This document shows positions 35,537 through 44,783 of a DNA stretch of 64,000 nucleotides, in pieces. The notes under the pieces were generated by a model. The model was not told where the DNA came from, ran no database searches, and saw only the letters and a program-made list of their open reading frames with translations. Source of the DNA: an uncultured Gammaproteobacteria bacterium (GTDB taxonomy: Bacteria; Patescibacteriota; Microgenomatia; JALYQM01); assembly GCA_964535655.1 (NCBI GenBank), contig CAZHTP010000001.1:98573-162572 (forward strand), read 5' to 3'. A program made the position numbers and the translations under genes. The stretch's first letter is position 1; the number at the start of each line of letters is the position of its first letter.

Positions 35537-37018
35537 ATGTTAGAAGATACTACTACCGTTCGACCACCAATTGTTGCCGTAATGGGACATGTTGACCATG
35601 GGAAAACAACCCTTTTGGATTATATTCGAAAGGCAAATGTTGCAGCTTCCGAGCATGGCGGTATCACTCAGCATTTAGGTGCGTATCAGGTAGTAACCGA
35701 TCAAGGGAAAGCTATAACTTTTTTGGATACTCCAGGACACGCTGCGTTTGAAGGAATTCGTAAGCGCGGAGGGGAAGTTGCGGATATTGTTATCTTGGTG
35801 GTGGCTGCGGATGACGGTGTGATGCCACAAACTAAAGAAGCAATTCGCCATATTAAAAATGCTGGTAGTGTTATGATTGTGGCTTTTAATAAGGTAGATC
35901 TTCCTGATGCCAATATCGATCATGTTAAGCAACAACTTGCTGAAAACGATGTCTTAGTTGAAAGCTATGGGGGAGATGTGGTTTCTGTTGAAATAAGCGC
36001 AAAAAGCGGCCAAGGAGTTGATCAGCTTCTTGAAATGATTTCACTTGTCTCTGATTTACTTGAACTTAAAGCCGACCCAAAGGCACCGGTTGTTGCGTTT
36101 ACTCTTGAATCCCGAATGGACAAAGCAGGACCTTTAGCGAGTTTACTTGTTAAGCGGGGAACTCTCAAAACAGGAATGGATATTGAGATAGATGGCTCAC
36201 TTGGCCGTATTCGTGCCATGAAGAATGATAAAGGGCAGATTGTTAAAGAAGTTTCACCTTCACAGGCTGCTGAAATTACTGGTTTTTCGAAATTACCTGA
36301 AGCAGGAACAATCTTTATTGAAGAAAACAGTAAACTGTCGACTAGCGAAAGCGTTGGCGCCTTAACAGTACGCCACGTAGCTTTGCAGAACGAAAATGTA
36401 TCAGATTTATTCTCGTCACTTAAAACTGACCGGTATCCGGTGATTCTTAAAGCTGACGTGGCAGGTTCACTTGAAGCGCTAGTTGCGAATATTCCACGAT
36501 TAAATGAAGTTCAGGTTATTGACCAGGGAATTGGTGATGTAGGTGAGTCTGATGTAATGAAAGCTCGTGGTACCAGTGCACGTATTTATTCCTTTAATGT
36601 AGGGATGAATGGCACAACGCGTAAACTCGCTCGGGATGAGAAGGTAGAGGTTAAAGAATATAAAATTATCTATAAGCTATTTGAAGACATGGAAAAAGAT
36701 ATTGTCGATTACTTCACCAAAGCTCCAACAGAGACAATTTCTGGCAAGGCGTTGGTACAAAAGGTATTCGCAGCCTCGACTGGTGGAAAAATTGCTGGTG
36801 TTAAAGTTACTGAAGGGGTGATGCAGGTTGGTGCTACCGTACGTGTAATGCGAGGCGAAACAGAAGTAGGTCGCGGTAAGATTGTCACGGTTAAGAAGTT
36901 GAAAGAGGATGTTCCTCGTATTTCTGCCGGGCAAGAGGGTGGATTAACTTTTGATACCCCAATCGAATTCGCTGAATCTGATATAGTAGAATACTACAAG
37001 CCTATTACAAAAGCCTAA
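35537..37018 (+). CDS. infB: Translation initiation factor IF-2, short form lacking N-terminal domains.
   Basis: The G-domain carries AVMGHVDHGKTTLLD, DTPGH and NKVD. The C-terminal beta-barrel domains are present. The ATG at 35537 follows the ylxR stop. Confidence 0.9.
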   Translation: MLEDTTTVRPPIVAVMGHVDHGKTTLLDYIRKANVAASEHGGITQHLGAYQVVTDQGKAITFLDTPGHAAFEGIRKRGGEVADIVILVVAADDGVMPQTKEAIRHIKNAGSVMIVAFNKVDLPDANIDHVKQQLAENDVLVESYGGDVVSVEISAKSGQGVDQLLEMISLVSDLLELKADPKAPVVAFTLESRMDKAGPLASLLVKRGTLKTGMDIEIDGSLGRIRAMKNDKGQIVKEVSPSQAAEITGFSKLPEAGTIFIEENSKLSTSESVGALTVRHVALQNENVSDLFSSLKTDRYPVILKADVAGSLEALVANIPRLNEVQVIDQGIGDVGESDVMKARGTSARIYSFNVGMNGTTRKLARDEKVEVKEYKIIYKLFEDMEKDIVDYFTKAPTETISGKALVQKVFAASTGGKIAGVKVTEGVMQVGATVRVMRGETEVGRGKIVTVKKLKEDVPRISAGQEGGLTFDTPIEFAESDIVEYYKPITKA

Positions 37019-37060
37019 TCTGTGGTATAATCCGCCTACTATTTATTAGAGATTTTACCT

Positions 37061-38440
37061 ATGGACCCGCAAAATAACCTTAAACAATTGCAGGATTTAT
37101 TTAATCAGGCTAAGGATATTCTTGTAATTACTAAAGAGAACCCAACTATTGATGGATTGTGCGCCTGTTTGGCTCTGAAAGCTGCTTTTTCTCAGAAAAT
37201 GGACATGCAAGGCAAGAAGAAGAATGTTACCCTGGCTGTTTCTAAACGTAATGGATCTCAGTATTCGCTATTGCCTGGCTTTGATCAGATTGTTTCTGAG
37301 CTTGGTCTACGTGATTTGGTGATTGGGGTTAATGGGTTTGTTGAAGGATCAATTGAAAATGTTAACTGGTATGTTGATAAAGGGCGATTAAACGTTGTTT
37401 TTAAGTCAAATCCGGCTGTTCCAATGCAATTTGATCTCAAAAACCTTGATCCATTTTATGCGGGCGCTAATTTTGATGTTGTAATTGTCGTTGATGCCAA
37501 TAGTCCTCAGGATTTAGGTAATGCGTATAAGCAGGATCCGGGAATGTATTCCGAGTTACCAGTAATTAATATCTCTAATAGTCAGCCTAACACTCGCTTT
37601 GGTCGAATCAATATTGTGGATTCCAGCGTCCCTTCAGTTTGTGAGTTAGCCTTTCAATTAGCTCAAATCGCTCAGCTAAATGTAATGGGCGATGTTGCTA
37701 CGTTATTTTTAAACGGGATAATGGAAGCCACGGATAATTTGTCTCGCAAAGGACAACAAACTGAAACAATTGTGAACCAATTAGTCGCCTTTGGTGGTCG
37801 CCAATTGGATATTAATGCTATCCGTAATCAGGCTAGTTTGCCGACACTGCCAGTTCATAAGAATCCTCCGCCTGTAACTCCTCCTGCCCCTGCGGTGGGT
37901 CAAATGCCTCCAGGAATGTACGGACAATATCCTCCAGGAATGCCGTATCCACCATATATGCCTCCACAAGGCCAATATGGACAGTATCCAATGCCACCAA
38001 TTGGGTATTATCCTGGTCAGTATCCGATGCCTCCACAAGTATATCCCCAGTATCCTCAGGTTCCACCACAGTATGTTCCACAACCCGATCCAAATATGCC
38101 AGTTCAACAGGAATGGAACAGCCAACAAACTCAGGAACCAATGGAAGAATATGATGCTGAAGTGCCTTCAATTGAGCACGATTTAACACAAAGTCAAACG
38201 TATATTCCAACTGTTGAACCGACATCATACGCCCATGTTGAGCCATCTATTTATATGCCTGGAATTTCCCAGCAGCCTGATGCGTATCAACCTGGCACTG
38301 ATTACGAATGGAATGATCAATCCCAGCAGTATGCTCCGCAACAGCAAGATATCCCGCTTGAAGAGCAAAAAGAGCAGCAAAAGGCACCCGATTTTAATGC
38401 TCCTCCTACAGGATTTGTGCCTGGTGAACGAAAATCGTAA
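37061..38440 (+). CDS. DHH/DHHA1-family NrnA-like protein with degenerate catalytic motifs, fused to a roughly 200-aa Pro/Gln/Tyr-rich low-complexity C-terminal region.
   Basis: An NrnA-like N-terminus is present (ILVITKENPTIDGLCACLALKA; VIVVDANSP where DHH is expected). GGRQ replaces the DHHA1 GGGH motif. The tail reads PPGMYGQYPPGMPYPPYMPPQGQYGQYPMPP... Confidence 0.65.
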   Translation: MDPQNNLKQLQDLFNQAKDILVITKENPTIDGLCACLALKAAFSQKMDMQGKKKNVTLAVSKRNGSQYSLLPGFDQIVSELGLRDLVIGVNGFVEGSIENVNWYVDKGRLNVVFKSNPAVPMQFDLKNLDPFYAGANFDVVIVVDANSPQDLGNAYKQDPGMYSELPVINISNSQPNTRFGRINIVDSSVPSVCELAFQLAQIAQLNVMGDVATLFLNGIMEATDNLSRKGQQTETIVNQLVAFGGRQLDINAIRNQASLPTLPVHKNPPPVTPPAPAVGQMPPGMYGQYPPGMPYPPYMPPQGQYGQYPMPPIGYYPGQYPMPPQVYPQYPQVPPQYVPQPDPNMPVQQEWNSQQTQEPMEEYDAEVPSIEHDLTQSQTYIPTVEPTSYAHVEPSIYMPGISQQPDAYQPGTDYEWNDQSQQYAPQQQDIPLEEQKEQQKAPDFNAPPTGFVPGERKS

Positions 38441-38559
38441 GGGATTCTTTTCAAGATTGACTTAGTCGTGTATAATGCTTTAATCATTATTTTAGATAGG
38501 TCGAAGATGGTGGTTTAAATGTGGAGTTCCACTTTTGTTACTACTGCTTACGAAAACAT

Positions 38560-38829
38560 ATGGCTTTAGCTAACGACGCTAAAAAGACTATTATTTCTAC
38601 AAACCAGATCCATCAAGGTGATACTGGGTCTCCTGAAGTTCAGGTAGCTATTCTCTCAGAGCGAATCACTCGTCTTACAGAGCATTTGAAGCTTCACAAA
38701 GGTGATAATCACTCTCGACGTGGTCTTTTGCAGATGGTAAATAAGCGCCGAAGACTCCTTATGTATCTTATGAAGAAAGATCCAGAGCGATATAAGTCCG
38801 TTGTTGCTAAAGTTGGCTTGTCCAAGTAA
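38560..38829 (+). CDS. rpsO: 30S ribosomal protein S15.
   Basis: [40 protein letters not shown]...KRRRLL is the S15 signature. Confidence 0.9.
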   Translation: MALANDAKKTIISTNQIHQGDTGSPEVQVAILSERITRLTEHLKLHKGDNHSRRGLLQMVNKRRRLLMYLMKKDPERYKSVVAKVGLSK

Positions 38830-38865
38830 CACTCTTAATGAGAGTATTTTCTAAACCCTCCTTGA

Positions 38866-38962
38866 TGTCATTACGGTGGCACGCATAATTCCTCGCAAAG
38901 CTCGGAATTTAATGCTCAGCTTTTTTGCTAGTGGTATGAAAAAGAAGGCCACTGTGAATGAC
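38866..38962 (+). promoter_or_regulatory. Structured RNA region in the rpsO-pnp intergenic space. A long-range stem encloses nested hairpins, and it may be a processing or terminator element.
   Basis: TGTCATTACGGTGGC (38866-38880) pairs with GCCACTGTGAATGAC (38948-38962) at 13 of 15 positions. An inner hairpin pairs AATTCC with GGAATT (38887-38909). A small hairpin ACTCT-taatg-AGAGT lies immediately after the rpsO stop. Confidence 0.3.
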
Positions 38963-38974
38963 TTCTTCGGAGGT

Positions 38975-39001
38975 TTAGAGATTTATCATAATAGGGTATA
39001 A
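38975..39001 (+). promoter_or_regulatory. Putative pnp promoter (TTTAGA-N17-TATAAT).
   Basis: A consensus -10 TATAAT lies at 38996-39001, with an approximate -35 spaced 17 nt upstream. The pnp ATG follows about 147 nt downstream. Confidence 0.35.
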
Positions 39002-39148
39002 TGTCTATATTATTGTTTTCCCTTACCTTGGGAATCTTGGCATGATTTTGGATCCTGAATTAAACAGAAAAACTCTTTTTTCTGCTTGATCGAGGAATCT
39101 GAAAACTGTCGTGATGTGTCTTTTAGGTTAAGGAGAAGGAGTTATTTT

Positions 39149-41371
39149 ATGGCGAATATTATTTCGCAGAGTATTAAAATCGGAGATTCCGAGTTACTAC
39201 TTGAACATGGTCGTTTTGCAGCCCAAGCAAGCGGCGCAGTGATTGGTAGAATGGGCGAGACTATGGTTCTTGCAACGGTTGTTGCAAGCAAAAAAGAGTC
39301 TTCTTTAGACTATTTTCCTTTATCTGTTGAGTTTCTTGAGCGGCTTTATGCTGGTGGAAGAATTTCTTCTTCTCGCTTTATTAAACGTGAAGGTCGCCCT
39401 TCAGAAAATTCAATTTTAACTGCACGTCTTATTGATCGTTCAGTTCGTCCACTTTTTCCCGATGGATTTAAGAATGAAGTTCAGATTGTTGTTACCGTTC
39501 TTTCTGTTGACCTTGAACATGATCCAGATGTACTTGGCGTTATCACGGCAAGTGCTGCACTTGCAGTATCTGATATTCCTTGGAATGGTCCACTCGCTGC
39601 AACTCGCTTAGGCTGGAAAGATGAGACGTATTTGGTTAATCCAGTTGCTGAGGTAATGAGGGTTTCTCAGATGGATTTAATTGTTTCTGGAACAAAGAAT
39701 GAAGTTGTAATGGTTGAAGCTGGGATGCAAGAAATGCCAGAAGAGACTGTTGTTAATGGTCTTGAAGAAGCGCAGAAATATAACAAAATTGTTGTTGAAG
39801 GTATTGAAGAACTCGTTAAGAAAGTTGGAAAAGAGAAGTTTCATTTTGAAAAAGCTGAGATCTCTCAAGAAGATAAAGATGCTGTTACTCAGGTGGCACT
39901 CCCCCTTATTAATGAGATGGTTGAGCTTGCTGCTCAAAAGAAACTTAATAAAGAAGACGCTCTTGGTGAATTAAAGAAGCAAGTTGAAGAAAAACTTGCT
40001 GCTGTTGCAACAGAAGAAAGGCCAGTTCCATCAAAAGCTGTTATTGGCGAACTTTCGGAAAAATTGTTTAAGAAATCTATTCGCACTAATACACTTACTA
40101 CTGGAAAGCGTGCTGATGGACGATCATACGATCAGGTCCGTGAATTGGAAATTGAAGTCGGAGTAATTCCTCGTACGCATGGTTCAGCAATGTTTCAGCG
40201 TGGAATGACTCAAACTTTAACAACGGTAACTTTAGGATCTCCGTCACTTGAACAACTAATTGAAGGCCCGGGTGGCGAAGAAACTAAGCGCTACATGCAC
40301 CATTATAATTTCCCTCCTTATTCGGTGGGAGAAGCAAGGCGAATGGGTTCGCCAGGTCGTCGCGAAATAGGACACGGAGCACTTGCTGAGAGAGCCTTAG
40401 TTCCAGTTATTCCTCCACAAGAGCAGTTTCCCTATGCTATTCGTGTTGTTAATGAAATTATGTCTTCTAACGGGTCTTCTTCAATGGCTTCAGTCTGTGG
40501 GTCTTCACTTGCACTAATGGACGCAGGTGTTCCCGTTAAAGCGGCTGTTGCCGGTGTTGCGATGGGACTGATGACCAATGAAGAAGGTACGAAGTATGCC
40601 GTGTTAACCGATATTCAAGGTCTTGAAGATGCAACTGGTGATATGGACTTTAAAGTTGCTGGTACAGCAAAAGGTATTACTGCTTTGCAGATGGATATTA
40701 AACTCTCTGGTTTAAAACACGAATGGCTTAAGGATGCTGTTATGCAGGCCAAAGCAGGAAGAATGTTTATTCTTAATGCCATGCTTGAGAAGATCTCCCA
40801 GGCACGTCCTACACTTTCTAAATATGCACCTCGTGTTGTGATGATGAAGATTGATCCAGAGACCATTGGTTTAGTAATTGGTGGTGGTGGAAAAACTATC
40901 AATCAGATTATTAATCAGTGTGGTGTCGCGATTGATATTGAGGATGACGGCACCGTGCTTATAAGCGGAACTGAAGATGACGGTATTGCTAAGGCGCAGG
41001 CTTGGATTCTTTCTTTAACCAAAGAAATTAAAGTTGGTGAAGTATATGAAGGTGTTGTAAAACGAATTCTTGCTTTTGGCGCATTTGTTGAAATTCTACC
41101 TGGTAAGGAAGGTATGGTTCATATTTCGAAGCTTGCTCCAAATCGTGTTGAACGTGTAGAAGATGTCGTTCAGGTTGGTGATACCGTAACTGTTCGTGTT
41201 GATGAAATCGATTCCGAACGCCGTATTAACCTCACTATGGATGTTGCTGGTACATGGGTAAAAGAAGATCGCGGAGATGATACTAGCCATGGTGGAGGTC
41301 GTGAAGGAAGATTCGAGCGACGAGATCGTAATGGTGGCGGACGCAGTGACCGAGGTGGAAGACGTTGGTAG
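39149..41371 (+). CDS. pnp: Polynucleotide phosphorylase (PNPase) with an Arg/Gly-rich C-terminal tail.
   Basis: The RBS is AAGGAGAAGGAG. Two RNase PH domains, a KH domain and an S1 domain are present (GEVYEGVVKRILAFGAFVEI). The C-terminus reads GGGREGRFERRDRNGGGRSDRGGRRW. Confidence 0.93.
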   Translation: MANIISQSIKIGDSELLLEHGRFAAQASGAVIGRMGETMVLATVVASKKESSLDYFPLSVEFLERLYAGGRISSSRFIKREGRPSENSILTARLIDRSVRPLFPDGFKNEVQIVVTVLSVDLEHDPDVLGVITASAALAVSDIPWNGPLAATRLGWKDETYLVNPVAEVMRVSQMDLIVSGTKNEVVMVEAGMQEMPEETVVNGLEEAQKYNKIVVEGIEELVKKVGKEKFHFEKAEISQEDKDAVTQVALPLINEMVELAAQKKLNKEDALGELKKQVEEKLAAVATEERPVPSKAVIGELSEKLFKKSIRTNTLTTGKRADGRSYDQVRELEIEVGVIPRTHGSAMFQRGMTQTLTTVTLGSPSLEQLIEGPGGEETKRYMHHYNFPPYSVGEARRMGSPGRREIGHGALAERALVPVIPPQEQFPYAIRVVNEIMSSNGSSSMASVCGSSLALMDAGVPVKAAVAGVAMGLMTNEEGTKYAVLTDIQGLEDATGDMDFKVAGTAKGITALQMDIKLSGLKHEWLKDAVMQAKAGRMFILNAMLEKISQARPTLSKYAPRVVMMKIDPETIGLVIGGGGKTINQIINQCGVAIDIEDDGTVLISGTEDDGIAKAQAWILSLTKEIKVGEVYEGVVKRILAFGAFVEILPGKEGMVHISKLAPNRVERVEDVVQVGDTVTVRVDEIDSERRINLTMDVAGTWVKEDRGDDTSHGGGREGRFERRDRNGGGRSDRGGRRW

Positions 41372-41378
41372 ATTAGTT

Positions 41379-41400
41379 CCTCTATTTGTGATTAAATAGA
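41379..41400 (+). terminator. Hairpin after pnp (CTCTATTT-gtgat-TAAATAGAG), a putative terminator.
   Basis: An 8-bp AT-rich inverted repeat lies immediately after the pnp stop. The U-tract is weak. Confidence 0.4.
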
Positions 41401-41424
41401 GTTACTAGTCGTTACGTTCTTATT

Positions 41425-42501
41425 ATGGCTGACGGACAAAATAGCGATATTTTACAACAACAGACAGATGAACTGCGAGCTCGAGTAGAAGGCGCGAACG
41501 TTCCGGATGGTATTCGAGAAAAATGCCTTGGAATGATTGAGCGTATCGCACGAATGGCGAAGTTTGGTACGTATTCAATTGAATATGAAAATACTTCCCG
41601 ATATATTGATGTTGTGCTGTCAATTCCGTGGGGTGTACTTTCGGAAGATGTTTTGAATCCAACTGTTGCACGAGAAGCGTTAGATAAACATCAATATGGG
41701 CTCGAGCCAGTTAAAGAACGTGTTTTGGAGTACTTAGCTGTTTTACAATTACACCAATATCGTAAACAGCAATTGGGACAAGACGATACGTTTCGCGCTC
41801 CAGTTATCATGTTGGTAGGCCTTGCTGGTACTGGTAAGACATCGTTTGCTTATGCTGTTGCTGACGCAATGAATCGTAAAGTAGCTCGTATTCCGTTTGG
41901 CGGAATGGGGGATGCACTTACGCTTCGTGGACAGTCGCGCGCATTCGCAGATGCTGAGCCAGGTGCGGTTATTAAAGCACTTCTGCAAGCAGGAACACGC
42001 AACCCGGTCATGCTTTTGGACGAAATAGATCGTGTGTCCGATGAAGCACGGGCAAGTGTGATGGGTGTGTTACTTGAGCTTCTTGATCCGCAGCAAAATG
42101 TAGCGTTTCGTGATCACTATTTGGATTATCCGGTTGATTTGTCTGAATGTCTCTTTATCGCGACTGGAAACAACACGACAAATATATCTACGGCGGTATT
42201 GGATCGTTTGGAGGTTATCCAAATGCCATCGTATACAGATGAGGAAAAAATTACTATTGCAGCGAAGTATGTTTTCCCCAAAGCACTACAGGAATCGGGT
42301 TTACCTGAAAATGCAATTATTATTGACCCTTCGGTTTGGCCACAAGTGGTCAGACCACTCGGATTTGATTCCGGCATTCGTACCCTTGAGCGTACGATTC
42401 GCGGAATGTGCCGCAAGGTAGCTCGTATGATTGTTGGTGGAAGTGTTCAGCAAGTGCATGTTACCTCGGAAAATGTAAAGGAATTTTTGCCTACCTGGTA
42501 G
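41425..42501 (+). CDS. Lon-like AAA+ ATPase module lacking both the N-terminal LON substrate-binding domain and the C-terminal S16 protease domain.
   Basis: The pre-AAA region matches Lon (IPWGVLSEDVLNPTVAREALDKHQYGLEPVKERVLEYLAV). Walker A is GLAGTGKTS, Walker B is VMLLDEID, and sensor residues are present. The ORF ends after the helical lid and contains no Ser-Lys dyad region. Confidence 0.75.
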   Translation: MADGQNSDILQQQTDELRARVEGANVPDGIREKCLGMIERIARMAKFGTYSIEYENTSRYIDVVLSIPWGVLSEDVLNPTVAREALDKHQYGLEPVKERVLEYLAVLQLHQYRKQQLGQDDTFRAPVIMLVGLAGTGKTSFAYAVADAMNRKVARIPFGGMGDALTLRGQSRAFADAEPGAVIKALLQAGTRNPVMLLDEIDRVSDEARASVMGVLLELLDPQQNVAFRDHYLDYPVDLSECLFIATGNNTTNISTAVLDRLEVIQMPSYTDEEKITIAAKYVFPKALQESGLPENAIIIDPSVWPQVVRPLGFDSGIRTLERTIRGMCRKVARMIVGGSVQQVHVTSENVKEFLPTW

Positions 42502-42577
42502 GCTCGAAAGAGAGTTTCGTCTCTCGACTTCACTCGAGATGATTTTAGATAGATAAGTTAAATTAAGGAAAAATCAC

Positions 42578-44749
42578 ATGTCAAATGATACTAATGAAAA
42601 TAACAAAAATGATGGAGTAACTGATTTCTCAGCACTTGTTCCTCAAAAAAATAGATATAATCCTGCGAAGGATTCCGTACAGGTAGCACTTGGTGAATTG
42701 CGAGAGAATATCGCGCAAAAAAATCGCCCTCCCTTTCAGAAAAGAAATGATGGGACACGTCCAGTGCCACGAAATGATGCTCCACGTATCGATGGATCCC
42801 GCACTGATGGTCCACGTCGGCCGGCTCGAGCACCTGCTCCTAATCGTCGACCGCAAGGTGATGGCTATGGAGACCAGATACGCCCTGCTGGTAATCGTCG
42901 CAGTGGTTCGTATGAACCTCGTCGCCGCGATTCACGAGGACCAAGTCAGAACCGCTATCCACAATCACCTCGCCCTATGAGTTCATCAATGGCACGAGGT
43001 GCAACAATTCAAAATACTAACTTATCTCAGCAATGGTATGCCGAAACGGTACCGGTGTTACGGAAAGATCCTAACGTAGTTGAAACTGCAAAACTGCGCA
43101 TTCTTCCTATTGGAGGAATTAATGATGTTCAAAAGAATATGTATGTCTATGAAACCGAAAAAGACATAATAATTATCGACTGCGGGATGGGTTTTGCAGA
43201 CGAAGATATGCCGGGTGTTGATTATTTAATTCCTGATATTTCATATCTTAATGACAAAAAAGATAAGATTCGCGCAATTCTTATTACTCACGGGCATGAT
43301 GACCATATCGGAGCGTTATCGCTAATTTGGCCACAATTAAGGTGTCCTATTTATGCTTCGCATATTACAACTGGTTTTATAAAAACCAAAATGACTGAGC
43401 ATAATTTGCCGGTTGAAGATATTAAAGAGATTGATCCAGACGCATCATATGAATTTGGTGTGTTTAGATTTCAATTCTTTAGATTAAGTCATTCCATTCC
43501 TGATACGTTGGGGTTTGTAATGGATACTCCTGTTGGTAGAATTATTCATAGTGCAGATTTTAAATTTGATTATACTCCGGTAATAGGATTACCAACTGAT
43601 GTTCAGCGTATTGCACGATTTGGCGCAGAAGGTGTTTTGTTATTGCTTTCAGATAGTCTTGGCGCTGAAAAGCCAGGCTATACATTATCTGAAACTGTAG
43701 TTGAAGGACAATTTGATGTTGTTACTGCAAAAACTGTAGGTAAAGTAATTGTCACTACAACTAGCTCAAATATTTCTCGTATTCAGCTTGCTATGAATAT
43801 TGCAGCCAAGTACAATCGCAAAGTTGCTGTGTCTGGGCGTTCAATGGAACAGAATATTGGTGTTGCTCGTAATCTCGGATACTTGAAGTATTCTGATGAT
43901 ATGTTTATTGAGCTTGAGGATATTGGGAAGTATGAGGACCATGAATTGTTCTTAATTGTAGCGGGATCACAGGGGCAAATGGAATCAGCTCTTGGTCGTG
44001 TGTCCCGCGATGAACATAAACAGATTCGCCTTCGCCAGGGTGATTCAGTGGTGTTTTCAACGGATCCAATTCCCGGTAATGAAAACCAGACTAATAAATT
44101 AATTGACGCGCTTATCTCGCATGGTGCTGAAGTGTATTATTCAAATATTTTTAGTAACCTGCATGTTTCAGGTCACGCTGCTCAAGAAGAGCTTAAACTA
44201 ATGATTAGCCTCGTTCGCCCACAATACCTCTTACCTATTGGTGGAACAGCACGAAGTACTAAGAAGTATCGTGATATTGCTATGAATATGGGCTTCAATC
44301 AAGAGTCGGTGTTACTTCCTCAAGAAGGTGAGGTAATTGAATTTAATGTTAAAGACGGAGTTTCTACGCCTTCGATTAACGGTCGCTTTGAAGCAAAGGA
44401 TGTGATGGTTGATGGTCTTGGGGTGGGAGACTTATCTGACATTGTGATTCGCGATCGTCAAGTAATGGCTGAAGAGGGTATGTTGGTAGTTATTGTTCCG
44501 GTTGATCATAAAACGGGGCATACGGAAAGTGGGGTCGAGATTGTTTCGCGTGGATTTGTATACATGAAAGAATCGACTCAGTTGATTGATGACATTACTA
44601 AACTGGTTGAGGATATTCTTGAAGAGCAGCATGGTAAGCCAATGGATTGGACGCTTCTTCGAAAGAAGATTGAAGATCGAGTAAGTAAGTTTATCTTTAA
44701 AGAGATTAAACGTAAACCTATGGTTTTGCCGGTGGTGTTTGAGGTTTAA
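42578..44749 (+). CDS. rnj: Ribonuclease J (metallo-beta-lactamase/beta-CASP) with a roughly 170-aa Arg/Pro/Gly-rich N-terminal extension.
   Basis: ILITHGHDDHIGAL (HxHxDH) and beta-CASP motifs are present, together with the RNase J C-terminal domain. The N-terminus reads RNDGTRPVPRNDAPRIDGSRTDGPRRPARAPAPNRRPQGDGYG... Confidence 0.88.
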   Translation: MSNDTNENNKNDGVTDFSALVPQKNRYNPAKDSVQVALGELRENIAQKNRPPFQKRNDGTRPVPRNDAPRIDGSRTDGPRRPARAPAPNRRPQGDGYGDQIRPAGNRRSGSYEPRRRDSRGPSQNRYPQSPRPMSSSMARGATIQNTNLSQQWYAETVPVLRKDPNVVETAKLRILPIGGINDVQKNMYVYETEKDIIIIDCGMGFADEDMPGVDYLIPDISYLNDKKDKIRAILITHGHDDHIGALSLIWPQLRCPIYASHITTGFIKTKMTEHNLPVEDIKEIDPDASYEFGVFRFQFFRLSHSIPDTLGFVMDTPVGRIIHSADFKFDYTPVIGLPTDVQRIARFGAEGVLLLLSDSLGAEKPGYTLSETVVEGQFDVVTAKTVGKVIVTTTSSNISRIQLAMNIAAKYNRKVAVSGRSMEQNIGVARNLGYLKYSDDMFIELEDIGKYEDHELFLIVAGSQGQMESALGRVSRDEHKQIRLRQGDSVVFSTDPIPGNENQTNKLIDALISHGAEVYYSNIFSNLHVSGHAAQEELKLMISLVRPQYLLPIGGTARSTKKYRDIAMNMGFNQESVLLPQEGEVIEFNVKDGVSTPSINGRFEAKDVMVDGLGVGDLSDIVIRDRQVMAEEGMLVVIVPVDHKTGHTESGVEIVSRGFVYMKESTQLIDDITKLVEDILEEQHGKPMDWTLLRKKIEDRVSKFIFKEIKRKPMVLPVVFEV

Positions 44750-44783
44750 ATTGGTAGTAGCTTTCTTGTCGAGCTTTGATGGT

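Noticed and set aside
37781-38246. Two long antisense ORFs (115 and 137 aa) within the 3' half of the NrnA-like gene.
   Set aside because: They overlap the repetitive Pro/Gln/Tyr-rich coding region. They are repeat-driven open frames without RBS or recognisable domains.
39714-40166. Lys/Leu-rich + strand ORFs inside pnp in other frames.
   Set aside because: They lie within the well-supported PNPase coding region. The composition is artefactual, from an AT-rich out-of-frame translation.
42502-42577. Two short hairpins (GAGAG-tttcgt-CTCTC and TCTCGA-cttcac-TCGAGA) between the Lon-like gene and rnj, considered as a terminator or attenuator.
   Set aside because: The stems are only 5-6 bp and no U-tract follows. 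They are more likely part of the rnj 5' UTR. The call is too weak without transcript data.
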